A stretch of DNA of 61,901 bases, filler included, from Globobulimina sp. (Eukaryota): NCBI GenBank assembly GCA_003354225.1. It is 24 parts of 24 records of this genome, joined end to end, with 100 filler letters (N's around TTAATTAATTAA, not from the genome) between each part and the next. Parts side by side here need not be neighbours in the genome. Positions count along the whole stretch, not along the records: positions 10,341 to 12,824 come from PIVH01006406.1; positions 12,925 to 15,408 come from PIVH01006407.1; positions 15,509 to 17,992 come from PIVH01006408.1; positions 18,093 to 20,576 come from PIVH01006409.1; positions 20,677 to 23,160 come from PIVH01006410.1; 19 more parts are not named here. One strand, 5' to 3'. Shown here piece after piece: positions 11,056 through 23,260 of this stretch; positions within the stretch are counted from its first letter, which is position 1; each line of letters opens with the position of its first letter. A model generated the notes under the pieces. That model was not told the DNA's origin. It saw only the letters and a program-made list of their open reading frames with translations, and made no database searches. The translations under genes and the position numbers were made by a program.

Positions 11056-12758
11056 ATGTCACAAGAAGATTACAAAGAAGACTCTGATTTGGGCAACATG
11101 GCCGAAGACATGCCTGACATGATGGACGAGACCTTATTTTGGTCCATGACATTAGAACCAACCAAAAGCCACGAAATCGGTCAACCCGCCATCGATGGAT
11201 ACGTTGTACACATCACCAACGCCTGTTTCGGCGCAGACGTCAGCAAACAATCACGCACTGTGGTTACCGTAAGCGACCAAGAAAAAGCCATCCCAGTCTG
11301 CATATTACGCCAAGGACACCATGAAAATCACTCTCTCGATCTATTATTCAACGGTATTTATCTTTCTTTTATTCCACACACACACACTCTGCGCAGTTAC
11401 GTGTGAAAGATCAGCACTTCCATCGCAATAAGTGCCCGGGTCTAAGAATTCTGTGCTACAAAAACCACACAAATTGAAGTAATGATCAATTTGTTAATAA
11501 CTCTCCATAACTCGCACAATTATACACTTATAATCGTGCGAATACGTTGAGTTTGCACATTATTTTTTTTTTGCATTAGCAATCAAAAAAATAATTTATA
11601 AATTTATAATAAATCAATGCAGTGCAAGGATTGAATAACATTAATCAGCAAATACATTGTTTTTGAATACATAGAAGCGGCCACGATCACATTAACCGGA
11701 CACAAAGTATCCACTGTGTATCTCACCGGGTACATCCAGCCACCGTTAGATATGAATGAGAACGACGCCGTTATGGACGAAGACATGACGTTAAGTGATC
11801 CATTCGATCCTATTTACATTCTTACGATGACACAATTTTACTGATACTTTTGATCAATTTTTTATTGATATGAAACTTGTAAATGCTCCTTCTGCTGAGT
11901 TTGCTCTTTTTTTTGTATGTTATAAATGTTTTTATTTCGGACGTAGCAAAACAATGCGTTTGTGATGTTTTACACAGTGAGGCTGAGATAATGGAGGCAT
12001 TGAAAAAACAAAGACGACAACAGATGTTATTGGACGATGAAGTGTTTGATGACGAGGATAACCAACAAAATAAGAACAAGAAACAAGCAGAAAAGGAGGA
12101 AGTCGATGATGATGAAGATAGTGAAGACAGTGATAGTGAGGAAGAGGAAGAAGAGGAGGAAGTAATTGAAGAAGTGGCAGAAGAAGAGGTCGTTGAGCCA
12201 CCCACAAAAAAACAAAAAACAAACAAAGGCAGCAAATCCACCAAAAATGGATCGAAATCGGAAAAAAAACGTAAAAATCCAGCACCAAAAGCAAAGGCAA
12301 AGGCAAAAGCGGTGCAGAAAAGCGTGGAGAAAGAAGACGATACAAAAGAAGAGGAAGAGAAAGTTGTCGTTGTGGAGAAGAAAAATAAGAAAAATAAGGG
12401 CAAAAAAGATAAGAAATTGCAAGCTATGAAAGGTGGTCAGGGCCTAAAATATCGTGATATGAAAGTAGGCGAAGGTGCGGAGGTCAGTGTTGGTGATAAA
12501 TTGAGTGTTTTTTATGTTGGACAGACTGAGGATAAGAAGGTCTTTGACAAAGCAATAAAAGGCAGCGGATTTGAGTTCAATTTCGGAAAAGGAGACGTCA
12601 TCAAAGGGTGGGATATGGGCTTAAAAGGAATGAAAGTTGGCGGTAAAAGAAAATTGGTGATTCCGCCTAAATTGGCGTATGGTGCCAATGGTTCCCCTCC
12701 GTCAGTTCCAGGCAACGCTACCTTGACTTTTACGATTGAGTTAAAAGCTGTAAATTAG
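11056..12758 (+). CDS. Nucleoplasmin-like (NPL) FKBP peptidyl-prolyl isomerase / histone chaperone (Fpr3/Fpr4/FKBP39/FKBP53 type)
   Basis: N-terminal NPL domain FWSMTLEP...VHITNACF...VYLTGY. Acidic and Lys-rich tracts. C-terminal FKBP GLKYRDMKVGEG...FDKA...GDVIKGWDMGLKGMKVGGKRKLVIPPKLAYG. Introns 11354..11674 and 11790..11977. Confidence 0.92.
11499..11562 (+). ncRNA. Candidate intronic H/ACA guide RNA hairpin
   Basis: Lower stem AACTC/GAGTT, an internal pocket, upper stem TCGCACAATTATA/TATAATCGTGCGA, and an ACA box at 11557..11559, 15 nt from the top of the pocket. It lies in an unusually long intron of a nucleolar gene. Confidence 0.35.
11824..11898 (+). ncRNA. Candidate intronic C/D box snoRNA
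   Basis: C-like ACGATGA (11824), D' CTGA (11841), C'-like TGATATGA and D CTGA (11895) over 75 nt in intron 2 of the NPL-FKBP gene. No target identified. Confidence 0.25.
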
Positions 12759-14159
12759 TGGATCGTATATAATTAATTTAAACAATGACATTGATATTGA
12801 GTTTTTTTTCCTTGTAATATTTGANNNNNNNNNNNNNNNNNNNNNNNNNNNNNNNNNNNNNNNNNNNNTTAATTAATTAANNNNNNNNNNNNNNNNNNNN
12901 NNNNNNNNNNNNNNNNNNNNNNNNTAAATGACAGAATGATGTCGTTTCTCAAGTGAAGATATTAAATACTAGCAAAAAAACAAAAAGTATTTTTCGATCC
13001 TAATTCGGTTTTGTAGGGTTTAGTCTCGTTTGACTTTTTGCTTCCTATGAAATGGTCGATGGTAACGTACAGTTTTCTGCAGTTTTCCAAAAGCCTGACT
13101 GAATATTCACCAGCTCGAATCTAAATGCACGGCTCACTAATTATATTCAATTGTGGGGATTAGTGATAATAACGAATGGGTATGGTTGCAATTACGTGAT
13201 CGATTACATATACTGGCATTTTTTATATTATTTCTTTGACATAGAGACAAAAACAGAAAGCAAAGAGGTGGAGAATGTATATGTTGCAGCACATAATGAT
13301 ATGATTGAAGATGATGTGGGATGAAGAAAACAAAGAGAAACAATATTGGATATGAGGGGGATATGTTTTACCCATCGTATTGTTATGCAAAATTCAAACC
13401 ACTTAACTATGTTACACAGAGTGGCGATGATATTTTATTTCTTGTGGATTAAGATAATGGAGTGGATGGCTGATATTTAACATTACAAGTACTCGAACAT
13501 TTTGGTCAACATTTGGAGCAATCCGTTGACGATCTCCTGCGGTTAGTGGTCGTTTTGGAAGTTCTTTTTGTTGTGGCTCTGGCTGTGTTTGATGGGGTTG
13601 ACGAACAACTCGATTAATTGCGTGATATTGTCGGGTTGGCACAGCACAAACTCGAGCCGCAGCACATACTCTTCGTTCTCGAATTAGAGGCTGAAGCGAA
13701 GCCTAAAGATGAACCAAAATATTTAGCTCCAAGGACAAAGCCAGAATCAGAACCGAACGATTAGTGAGTATTTGCTGATTTGTTGTGATTTTGTAGGTTT
13801 TTGTGTGTGTGTTTGTGTGTCTTGATTTGTGTACCGGTTCTGTTAAATTAAACTGTTAAAAGCAAGTAAGTCTGCGAAAACTGTAAAACTGTAAAATCGT
13901 TCTAACTGTAAAACTGCAAAAAGTCAATTATTATTATAGTTGTACGCCACGCTCGCTAACTTTTAATTTACTGATAAATTAAAAGTTTTTTTTTCTTTAA
14001 TTAGAAAAGCGTTCATTGATGAAATGAACTAAAAGCAAAAACTCTAAGAAAACACTAAGAAATCAATCAAAATCTTGCAATGATAGAAATGATAGATTAG
14101 ATATTGAACAAAACGAAACAAAACAAAACAAACATTAACATTGTGTCATGAATCATAAA

Positions 14160-15408
14160 TCATGATATTATCCATTGTTCCTCCAACAGTTTTATACTAA
14201 CTTTTCGTTGATCAATTTTTCTAAAAGACAGCAGTGCTCCGACACATAATAATACTGCAATCAATGCGGTCTCCCAATCCATTTTTAAATGAATTTCAAC
14301 CATTCCATTATTTTTGCCATTCCATAGCTGTTGAATTTCTTTGCTATAACAAAGCAAGAAAGTAAATACGATTGAGATTGAAAGCAAATGCTGAATAAAC
14401 GAGTTCTTATTTTTTACATATTTGAGATAGGTTTGATTTTGTAATAATTGATTTTGTGAGAGACGATTGGTGATAATGAAGAAAATCAAGGTCATCACTT
14501 GAAATATGGGATAAGCAAAAGCAATGTCGCAACATTTGTCTTTTATCACAGTGTCATACGTATTGCTCCCAAATAGGCATTTTGCGCCATCACCAATGTT
14601 GGACAAAGAATGTGCGATATTGGTCACGTGGCCATATTCGTTGCTATATTTGCTGATGTATTGGATGTGAAAGGCCAAAGGCGACAATAACCACAAAATA
14701 AGAATGGACAATGTCGACTGAATCAAATTGAATTCAATCATATCAACCTTTATTTTGGATAAACAAATCCGTTTATAAATATCATTGAAAATCAGCACTA
14801 CGCAGCCAACAAAAAATAATATCAGATTTGAGATGTATTTCTTGTCGTAATTTAATGCATTATCCGTCAAATAAAATGACATGGATTTATCCTGAAATAT
14901 TAATAAAAATATGGACACGAATAACAATACACAGCCGAATATATTCTCCACTCCCAACGCAATGTATTGATTATCGCAGGAAATACAACAATTAAACAGG
15001 GAGAAAATGGATATTCCAATCAAAGGGACACACATTACAATGTTTGCCGGCAACACACCGCTCGGAATAAATATGAATATCATATGAATGCAATCTAATG
15101 TGGATATAATTAGATATGACCTCCAATGCAAGTGTCCTTTTTTGCTGCTTTTGCTGCTTTTGCTCATTGCCTTTGTATCCGATATCGATGCATTCGAATA
15201 AGAATACGATGATATATTTGATATATTTGATACATTTGATATTAAGTCGCTGTCCATTGTAGTTACCGATATATTTGATATTATGTCACTGTTATCATTA
15301 TTTCTTAAATCTTTATCTTTGTTATTAATAAATCTTTGTTTTTTCTCTTTTTTCCTTTTTTTTTTTTTATATGCAACAATATATTTTGTTATTTTTCTGT
15401 ATAAAATA
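14160..15408 (-). CDS. CRT-like (chloroquine-resistance-transporter family) membrane transporter, 5' truncated
   Basis: Multiple TM helices. YLIISTLDCIHMIFIFIPSGVLP and the luminal GAKCLFGSNT...DKCC loop are typical of CRT/CLT proteins. Confidence 0.7.
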
Positions 15409-15508
15409 NNNNNNNNNNNNNNNNNNNNNNNNNNNNNNNNNNNNNNNNNNNNTTAATTAATTAANNNNNNNNNNNNNNNNNNNNNNNNNNNNNNNNNNNN
15501 NNNNNNNN

Positions 15509-16023
15509 AAAGTATATTGGTATAACGTTTTTTGTGGCATGCCATGGCCACATTGCATTTTTAAACAAAACTGACTGGTTTCATAGGTCAATATGTCTAA
15601 GTCTTGAATGGTTTCAATGTAACCTTCATTTATTGTCATTGAACAGCAATTATTTCGAAAGTTTCTTTGATTAGATTTTGATGATAATTTTTTAATTGTT
15701 AATTTTGGCGATTTATTTAACTGTGATATGCATAGTAATAAACATGAGCCATTTTTGATATTATAATACGTTAAATCTTTATATTTATCAGTTTCCGGTT
15801 GTAGTAGTAAATGGTTGTGGATTAATATCATGCTACATTTGGATGGTATTTGTAGTTCTTCTCTGATAAATGAAACAAAATTCCCAACTGTAATGTGCGG
15901 ATAACAATGAATTTTGGTATTTATTCCATTGATAAATATTCTAATCATTCCAGGAGGAACGTCATCCTCTATGTTACTGTATCCATCATCTTTCCTCTTC
16001 TTTTTACTGCTTCTTACGCCCAT
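15509..16023 (-). CDS. Ubiquitin-like domain protein with start of a Cys/His (RING/RBR-like) region, 3' truncated
   Basis: MGVRSSKK (possible N-myristoylation). Ubl IRIFINGI...ITVGNFV...LTYYNIKNGSCLLL. LKMQCGH at the truncated end. Confidence 0.6.
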
Positions 16024-16161
16024 CAGTGTAAAAAAAGTTTTTCTCAGTCGACTGGTTTTCGTTTCAATTCAATGGCTGTCTGCGACACAAACAGGATTAC
16101 AGCTAGATGTATATTAATAAATTATAAATAAATTATATTACAATTGTTGTACTGCATTAAT

Positions 16162-17992
16162 TTATAACTTTGATTTTTTTGGAAGTAATACTTTTCTTAA
16201 TGGAGGATCTCTCAATTTATAATTTTGTTTTTTTAATTCATCTCTGACTGTTTTCTTACTCATTTTGCCAGTCCCAGTAATTGGAATTTCTTTCCAATAC
16301 AATATATCATCCGGTAATTGAAATGATGCATAATTTAATCTTAAATGGTCCATAATCGTTCGTTGCGAACAGCTTTTATTCTCAAATAATTCAACAATAA
16401 CAACTGGTCTTTCATCATATTTTTCATGTTTTACAGCAACAACACATGCTCTATTAATCCCTGGTAATGCCACAATATAATTTTCCATGTCAACACTGGA
16501 TATCCATTCACCACCAGATTTTATAACATCTTTGCTTCGATCTTTAATCACTATGGTTTTATCCGCATTTATTGAACAAATATCACCAGTCAATAAATAT
16601 CCATTTTCATCAAACTTATTAGCTGCATCCACACGAAAATACCTATTTGTTACATGAGGCCCATAAAGTAATAACTCACCCATTGCTTTTCCATCATGCT
16701 CTAATTCCTTATTTTGCTTTTCTATATCAACAATTTTATACTGAAAGCCAACCGATGGTATTCCACAATTGGTGCAGTTATCCAATACCTGCTGTCTCAT
16801 AGTTTTATTTACGTCTTTTCTTCTTTGCATTGGTTGTCCCACGAATCCGATCATACACTCAGTCATTCCAAAAGCTTGAATAAATCGAATTTGCCAATTG
16901 TCCCAAAACCATGCTATTAAATCAATGGATGGTGCACTCCCACCGCAAAATGCCCGTTTTAAAGTCCCTTTTAATGGTTTGTATTTTATTGGATCAGCGG
17001 CCAATGTCTGCCGCAATGCATTCATAACAGTCGGTACACCCAAAACTATGGTACCCTTTTCAGCTAAACATAAATCTAAAAGTTGTGTCCAATCATTCAC
17101 ATTTCCAGTTAATAGTGATTTATTTCCTAAAGTCATAGCAACAAACGGTTGGGTCCTGTACAGCGTATAACAAATTAAAATAAGACGGTATGTTTTTGTT
17201 TGTGTACACAAAAATGTTTAGCGTCATATGGCAAAACGAAAACAATATTTGGCACATACCAGCCCACCGCATGGAACATTGGTACAATTGCAAATACGCT
17301 ATCGGAACCACTTATAGCTGTATTATCGACACCACACAGCGCCAATACGCATAGATATATTGCTCGATGTGAATATAGAACACCTTTGGGATTACCTGTG
17401 GTTCCTAAAATTTAAATAAATAGTTGTATCTGATTGAGTAATGCGAGTATATGATGATAAAACAAATAGAGGAATACCTGAAGTATAACATAAAATAGCC
17501 CCACTATTTTCTGTTAAACGTGGATATGAATAATTTGTGCTTATTTTCGAATACGTTTCAACAAAATCATCAAAATCAATACATTTTTGTTGCATGGCTA
17601 AATTATTAACTTTCATTGTATTGCGGTGATTAATATTATTTCCAATTTCTCCACAAATAACAAATAATTCAACATTCCTTAATTCATTTTCTCGTATTTT
17701 CTCAAATAATGGCAATAAGTCAGAATCAATAAAAACTATTTTATCCATTGCGTGGTTAATAAGATAGGACAGTTCGTTTGGATGTAATCTAATGTTTATT
17801 GTATGTAATACAGCTCCCATTAATGGCAATGATTGATATAACATGAAATGTCGGGCATTGCTCCACATGAACGAACCAATAATATCGCCAGGTTTTACAC
17901 CAAATGCATTCAATGCCAATGATAATTTATTTGATGCATATTTTAATTGCTTTTGAGACATTCTATGCGTTGCACCATTTTTTAATGCTGTC
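16162..17992 (-). CDS. Medium/long-chain acyl-CoA ligase, AlkK/DmdB-like, peroxisomal (PTS1), 5' truncated, two introns
   Basis: GAVLHTINIRLHP, CYTSG(T)TGNPKGV, QAFGMTE, YLLTGD, DRSKDVIKSGGEWISSVDMEN, IPITGTGKMSK. The C-terminus is -SKL*. Confidence 0.9.
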
Positions 17993-18092
17993 NNNNNNNN
18001 NNNNNNNNNNNNNNNNNNNNNNNNNNNNNNNNNNNNTTAATTAATTAANNNNNNNNNNNNNNNNNNNNNNNNNNNNNNNNNNNNNNNNNNNN

Positions 18093-20257
18093 TTACGTAA
18101 CCCTTTTATTGTTTTGTTACGATATTTTAATATAAAATAACTATTATTTGACAATAAAAATTTACTTACCGACTTTCCTCGCTCTCCTTTCTGATCTCTT
18201 CTGGTTCTTTGCTCTTTTCCCAATCTTGACAAATCACTTTCTTTAATAAATTCTTTAAAATTTTTCACTTTTTCTTTCGTTTCTCTGTCCGTCGTAATAA
18301 TTCCAGAAATTTCTAAATTTTTCTTTTTCGTTTCCAGTTTCACACTTTGTTTGAAACCACCCATTGATCGTAATTTATCGTTAGGGTTACGGTATTCGAA
18401 TATATTTGGTTTAGTGTAATTATCGTCTGAAATGCTAATTGACGCGACATGGTTTATATCGCGCCCGAAATATAAGCTTAACGGTATAAAAATATCGTAC
18501 ATATAAATTATACTTATTTCATGAGTATATTCGTTATATAACAATGGTATACTTTTGATACAAGGTATTGATATTATTTCGACATTAAAATTATTATGGG
18601 TATCCCAATATATAGTATTTACAGATGTCATAGTATAACTATTGTCTGGAATAATCGGACAACTTTTATTATTCACTCTTTGATTGTACACAGTTTTGTT
18701 GTCAGTATTATTATCATTAGTACATACAGGGCCGGCAGCTTGATACGGAATTTTTGTTGTTATTGTTTGATTTTGGTCATTATAATGTAATAATGCCAAT
18801 TGAAATATGTTTGAATTTATCGTATCTATATCGATATCGAAAGTATCAAACAAGTTCGTTTGAGTTTCGATTGTATTAAATTTTCTAATTTCTGTTTGGG
18901 TTTCGATATTTATTCCAGCTTCGTTAAATTCTGTAATAATAATTTTCGGTATATTGGGTATTTTCATAATATTTACGGTATTTCTCTCGGTATGACTTAT
19001 AATTAGGTTTACATTGTTAGTACCTACAGGTCCGACAGTTATCGGTGATGTACATACAGTTGTCACAGCATTTAGACACATTTTCTTTGTCAATTTTCGA
19101 GTTATATTGATTTTATTATCGGTATACAGTACATTGCGTGTTTTGTTCGGTGTTCTCTTTAGTCTCGGTTTACTCGGTATATCAATGAATATTTCATAAA
19201 TATACTCGTTATATGGTAATGGTATACTTGTAATAGAGGGTATTATTGTAATTTCGGTTTTAAATTCTACATGTATATCCCAATAAATAGTATTTACAGT
19301 AGTCATAGCATTTATACACATAAGTTTAGTTAATTTTTGGGTAATATTGGAAGATGATATGATATTCGGGATATTCCTGTAAATTTCTGTACTTGGGCTT
19401 TGGTTTAGTACATACTCGGTATTTAGTTCTAACTCGGTATTTAGTTCTAACTCGGTACTTACTGATTCCGAAAGTTCCTCGGATTCAGAGTGTACTATTT
19501 CCGGTATTATTGGTATTTCAGTATTTGATCGGTTTATATTCCACTTTTCTTTCAGTATCACGGTTTTTTTCATTAAATTTTCGGCTTTGTTTAAAATATC
19601 CATTTCTTCGTTATATAGTCCCTGTATCTGGTCTGGTATTGTTGTACGTACAGGTTCTATGTCTATCGTGCTACTGCTTGGGTTGCTGTAGTACATACTT
19701 AATCGTTTTGGTGTGTATAGTTCGTCCGATTTAGTATCAAAATTAACAGCTTTTGCTCGGATCTTGATGTCATTAGTTCGATTTTCTCCGATTTTTTTCT
19801 TTCTTTTGATACTGCTTAGTTCTTTAGCAGAAACATTAGCAGAATCGGTCTCATACAATCCTGGATTTTCTTTTAATTTTTCTTCTTTAATTGTCTTAGT
19901 TTTGGCATTTCGTTCCGGTTGAATTCGTGTTGGCATCATCTTTTTAATTTTACAAATTTCACATTTTTTACATTTTTGACATTTTCGGTTTTCAAAGCAG
20001 AAACATTTATGTATATTCGTTTTATGATGTATCATTCCATCTTCTGGTATGGTATTTGGTATATCGTTATTAATAGTATCATTCATAATAGCAATGGTAT
20101 TATTAGCAGAATCCATATTAATATCGGTATTGATGGTATATTTGGTATTTTCGTTGGTTTTGGTCGTAATTTTTCCAGGATTTTCAATCTGACTAGATTT
20201 TCTTCTTGTCGCAGAAATACGTGGTATTGATTGTGAAAAGGACGGTGAAACATTCAT
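18093..20257 (-). CDS. Large N/T/I-rich hypothetical protein with Cys cluster and internal repeats, 3' truncated, intronless
   Basis: ORF of over 720 codons. HKCFCFENRKCQKCKKCEICK cluster. The block ITQKLTKLMCINAMTTVNTIYWD..EITIIPSITSIPLPYNEY recurs in part three times. An 18-nt tandem repeat encodes TELELN (~19413-19458). Confidence 0.55.
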
Positions 20258-20466
20258 AATAAAACAGTGTACAGTGCAGTATAATAGTGAAAAAAGGATA
20301 ATATAAATAGAAACATAAAACGGAGGGGAAACAGGCGGTATTGTTTATAACGCTATAACACAGGCCACACGTTAAACTAGGCAGCGAGAGCGAGGCCAAT
20401 TAAAACAACCTCTCCTGAGCTCTGCGACAGAGTCTAGTCCAGAAGAAGGTAGGGGTGTTTTAGGTA

Positions 20467-20561
20467 TATACTTTGTACACGATCTGTGACGTCACAGTTA
20501 CAGGGGATAACACACACAAAGTATAGGCACCTATACTTTGCGTGTAAACTGTGACGTCACA
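20467..20561. repeat. Nested palindrome/direct-repeat structure with two TGTGACGTCACA palindromes
   Basis: CTGTGACGTCACAG at 20484..20497. Hairpin CAAAGTATAGG-CA-CCTATACTTTG at 20517..20540. Second CTGTGACGTCACA at 20549..20561. Confidence 0.85.
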
Positions 20562-20676
20562 TTGGAGAAGGCCAATNNNNNNNNNNNNNNNNNNNNNNNN
20601 NNNNNNNNNNNNNNNNNNNNTTAATTAATTAANNNNNNNNNNNNNNNNNNNNNNNNNNNNNNNNNNNNNNNNNNNN

Positions 20677-21279
20677 TTCTGAATTTCTGAGTTTCTTCCA
20701 GAGTTTCTGAATTAGTTCATTTCATACGTAGCCCTTTTGGAGACCACCGATCTCTCGCAATACCATATGCTGTCAATAATTAATAATCATATCATCCCTC
20801 TTATAATTACTAGTATATAATTTATATAAATGAATACCTTTTGTGTAGGAAAATTTGGTAAATTCTTTTTTTTCACTCACACCACATAACAACCAGTCTG
20901 TTAATTGATATTTTTGAATCTGTATGTTATAATAATAATGATTGCAAAGGTTGTAATAAATATACAATTAAAGCATGACAGCAGCAGTTGCACATACTTT
21001 TGCTCTCCAACAATGTACGCCGTGTTTAACGGGTTCAATATCCACAACAATATACTTATGACCCATGTCGTTGCTCGTAACACATTTATTATCGTCTGAT
21101 AATGCTAAGAATTTGTCTTTGAATGTTGTGCTAAATTGTAAGACTTCTATTTCAGGATAAAATGTCAATGCTATTTGAATCACATCCTTCATCGATACAT
21201 GTTCATTGTTAATAATTGTTCGCAACCAATATGACAATATCAACCTTATCTTGGTCTTACTTATGATGGCATTTGACAT
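20677..21279 (-). CDS. SPRY/B30.2-like protein, multi-exon, 3' truncated
   Basis: MSNAIISKTKIRLILSYWLRT...LSDDNKCVTS...YIVVDIEPVKHGVHCWRAK, an intron, then IQKYQLTDWLLCGVSEK. The W-x-V/K...GV pattern is that of SPRY-like folds. Confidence 0.5.
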
Positions 21280-21377
21280 GAGACTGCAAGGTCGCGATCT
21301 TGAGTAAGTTGAGTTCAGTAGCTGGGATTTAAATAATTCCCATTCAAAATTAAATATATTGCAACACAAATACAATC

Positions 21378-22132
21378 TCACAACAGAACACAATCAGATT
21401 TTTTTTTCTCGTCATCTAGCCTCTGGTTAAATGTCTTTTGTTTTGGATCATTTTGCTGATGATCTATAACATTTGCTGCTATCACTTTCATTTCCGATTC
21501 TAATTCACTTTTTGTTAATTTTATTCCCGCAATTTCTGCAGTTATGTGATAAAACATTGCATGTAATCCATCGCCGGTTTTTGCCGAAACATAACATGAT
21601 TCTAATTTCTCTCTATTGCACATGTCTTTATGTCGTTTCACTTTCACTGTTCGCAAATGTTGCAAATCCTAAATATGGAATATCGGAATTACGGCAGAAT
21701 ATATTATATGGAATGCAATCACTTAACGTATTTATTACCAACTAATGCAATATACGGTAATTTTTTGCTTGAGTCCATTGATCGTTTAACAACGAATAAC
21801 CAATCTACCAAATTATCGAATGTTTGATAATTTGTAATATCATATACTAACAATATTGCATCTGCTCCAAAAATATATTTTTTTATCATTTTCGACGATA
21901 CGGATTGTCCGCCAATATCCCATAATTGCATAGCGACCTGCACTGTACTCCCATTTGGGTGATTTAATGTTAATCTCTTTACAAAAAAATCTAAGCCAAT
22001 TGTCTGTTTGTAGCTATTTGCAAAATGATCTTCAACAAATCGATGACAAATGGATGTTTTCCCCACTGCGCCATCTCCCAAAATCACGAATTTGAATTGT
22101 TTTTGAATGAAATCGTCATTGTTTTCTTTCAT
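21378..22132 (-). CDS. RAB28: Rab28 small GTPase
   Basis: FKFVILGDGAVGKTS, YKQTIGLDFF and the Rab28-diagnostic QLWDIGGQ. NKYDL is formed across one intron. VSAKTG and a CAAX end CVLL. Confidence 0.9.
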
Positions 22133-22220
22133 TTTAGTCAAAATCGTCAGTCTGTTGCACTGCTATGTTAATAATAAAACGGATTACAAAAAAAACTTTA
22201 GTTGTTGCATGATGACTCCA

Positions 22221-22365
22221 AGAAAATCTTAATATCAGGGGTCTCACCTCATATCCTATACTAATTATAATACTAATACTATCCTATAGACGGCAAATGT
22301 TTAGAAATATTGCATAATATCATAAAGGAGACAGTGATGTGAGAACCCTGGTATTAAGATTTTCT
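22221..22365. mobile_element. MITE-like element / 31-bp imperfect inverted repeat in the Rab28-ORMDL divergent intergenic region
   Basis: Left arm AGAAAATCTTAATATCAGGGGTCTCACCTCA (22221..22251). The reverse complement of the right arm (22335..22365) is AGAAAATCTTAATACCAGGGTTCTCACATCA, with 3 mismatches. No clear TSD. Confidence 0.55.
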
Positions 22366-22420
22366 CGAAGTGAGCTAGTCATTGACTCATTGTTGCATCC
22401 TGTCTGGACATACTCAAAAA

Positions 22421-23043
22421 ATGACACAACGTCGTTTTAAACAATCAACAACAACATCTAAACCATTGGCTCGTGAGACAAGTGAAGACGTTCGAAAAAA
22501 CACAATTCCATTAATCGAAAAAGTGCCACTAAAACGATCCCAATCCTTCCCAAATTTATCAGTGAATTTTGCCGATGGATATGCATTTTGGTTGTATTAT
22601 TTATGTATAGTATTTATTTGCTGGTATTCATTATTTTTGTTCCCATCCCTGCAGTTTTGGCCATCCTTAACAATCATAAATATTATTCATGCCATAGTTA
22701 CCTATAAATTTGCTTCTTTTGTTTGCGATTTTGCGATGATAAATATTGCTTTTATAAATAGGTAACATTTTATTTGATGCATTGGCGACGAGGAACAGTC
22801 GATTCATTTGATCAAGGTCGCGATGATAAATATACATTTTGGGAAATGTTAGATGAAGGAAAACAATATACGCCGGCCAGGAAATTCTTTACTATGGTTC
22901 CCATTGCCCTTTTTTTGATGGCTTGCTATGAACATGAATGGAGGAAAAGATATTACTTTGCAAATGTTGTTGCCTTGTTTCTTTCTGTTGCGCCCAAAAT
23001 GCCCTTCCTAATGTATGTCAGGATTCTTGGTTTTAATCGATAA
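22421..23043 (+). CDS. ORMDL: ORMDL/ORM1 sphingolipid-synthesis regulator
   Basis: TM helices, then TIINIIHAI, an intron, and VTFYLMHWRRGT...DQGRDDKYTFWEMLDEGKQYTPARKFFTMVPIALF...PKMP...VRILGFN. Confidence 0.92.
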
Positions 23044-23260
23044 CCATTTAAGTTGATATTATAAATCATCCACAATTGTTTAATACAACGCATCGGCATC
23101 ACCTCCAATACAGTACGTACTTGACAATGTTTTTTTTTCTCTATGTATAATTTAGACTTTNNNNNNNNNNNNNNNNNNNNNNNNNNNNNNNNNNNNNNNN
23201 NNNNTTAATTAATTAANNNNNNNNNNNNNNNNNNNNNNNNNNNNNNNNNNNNNNNNNNNN

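Noticed and set aside
12925-13930. Short ORFs 13137..13343 and 13412..13642 and repeated ACTGTAAA words near 13850-13920
   Set aside because: No recognisable domain or consistent gene model, and the repeats are too short to interpret.
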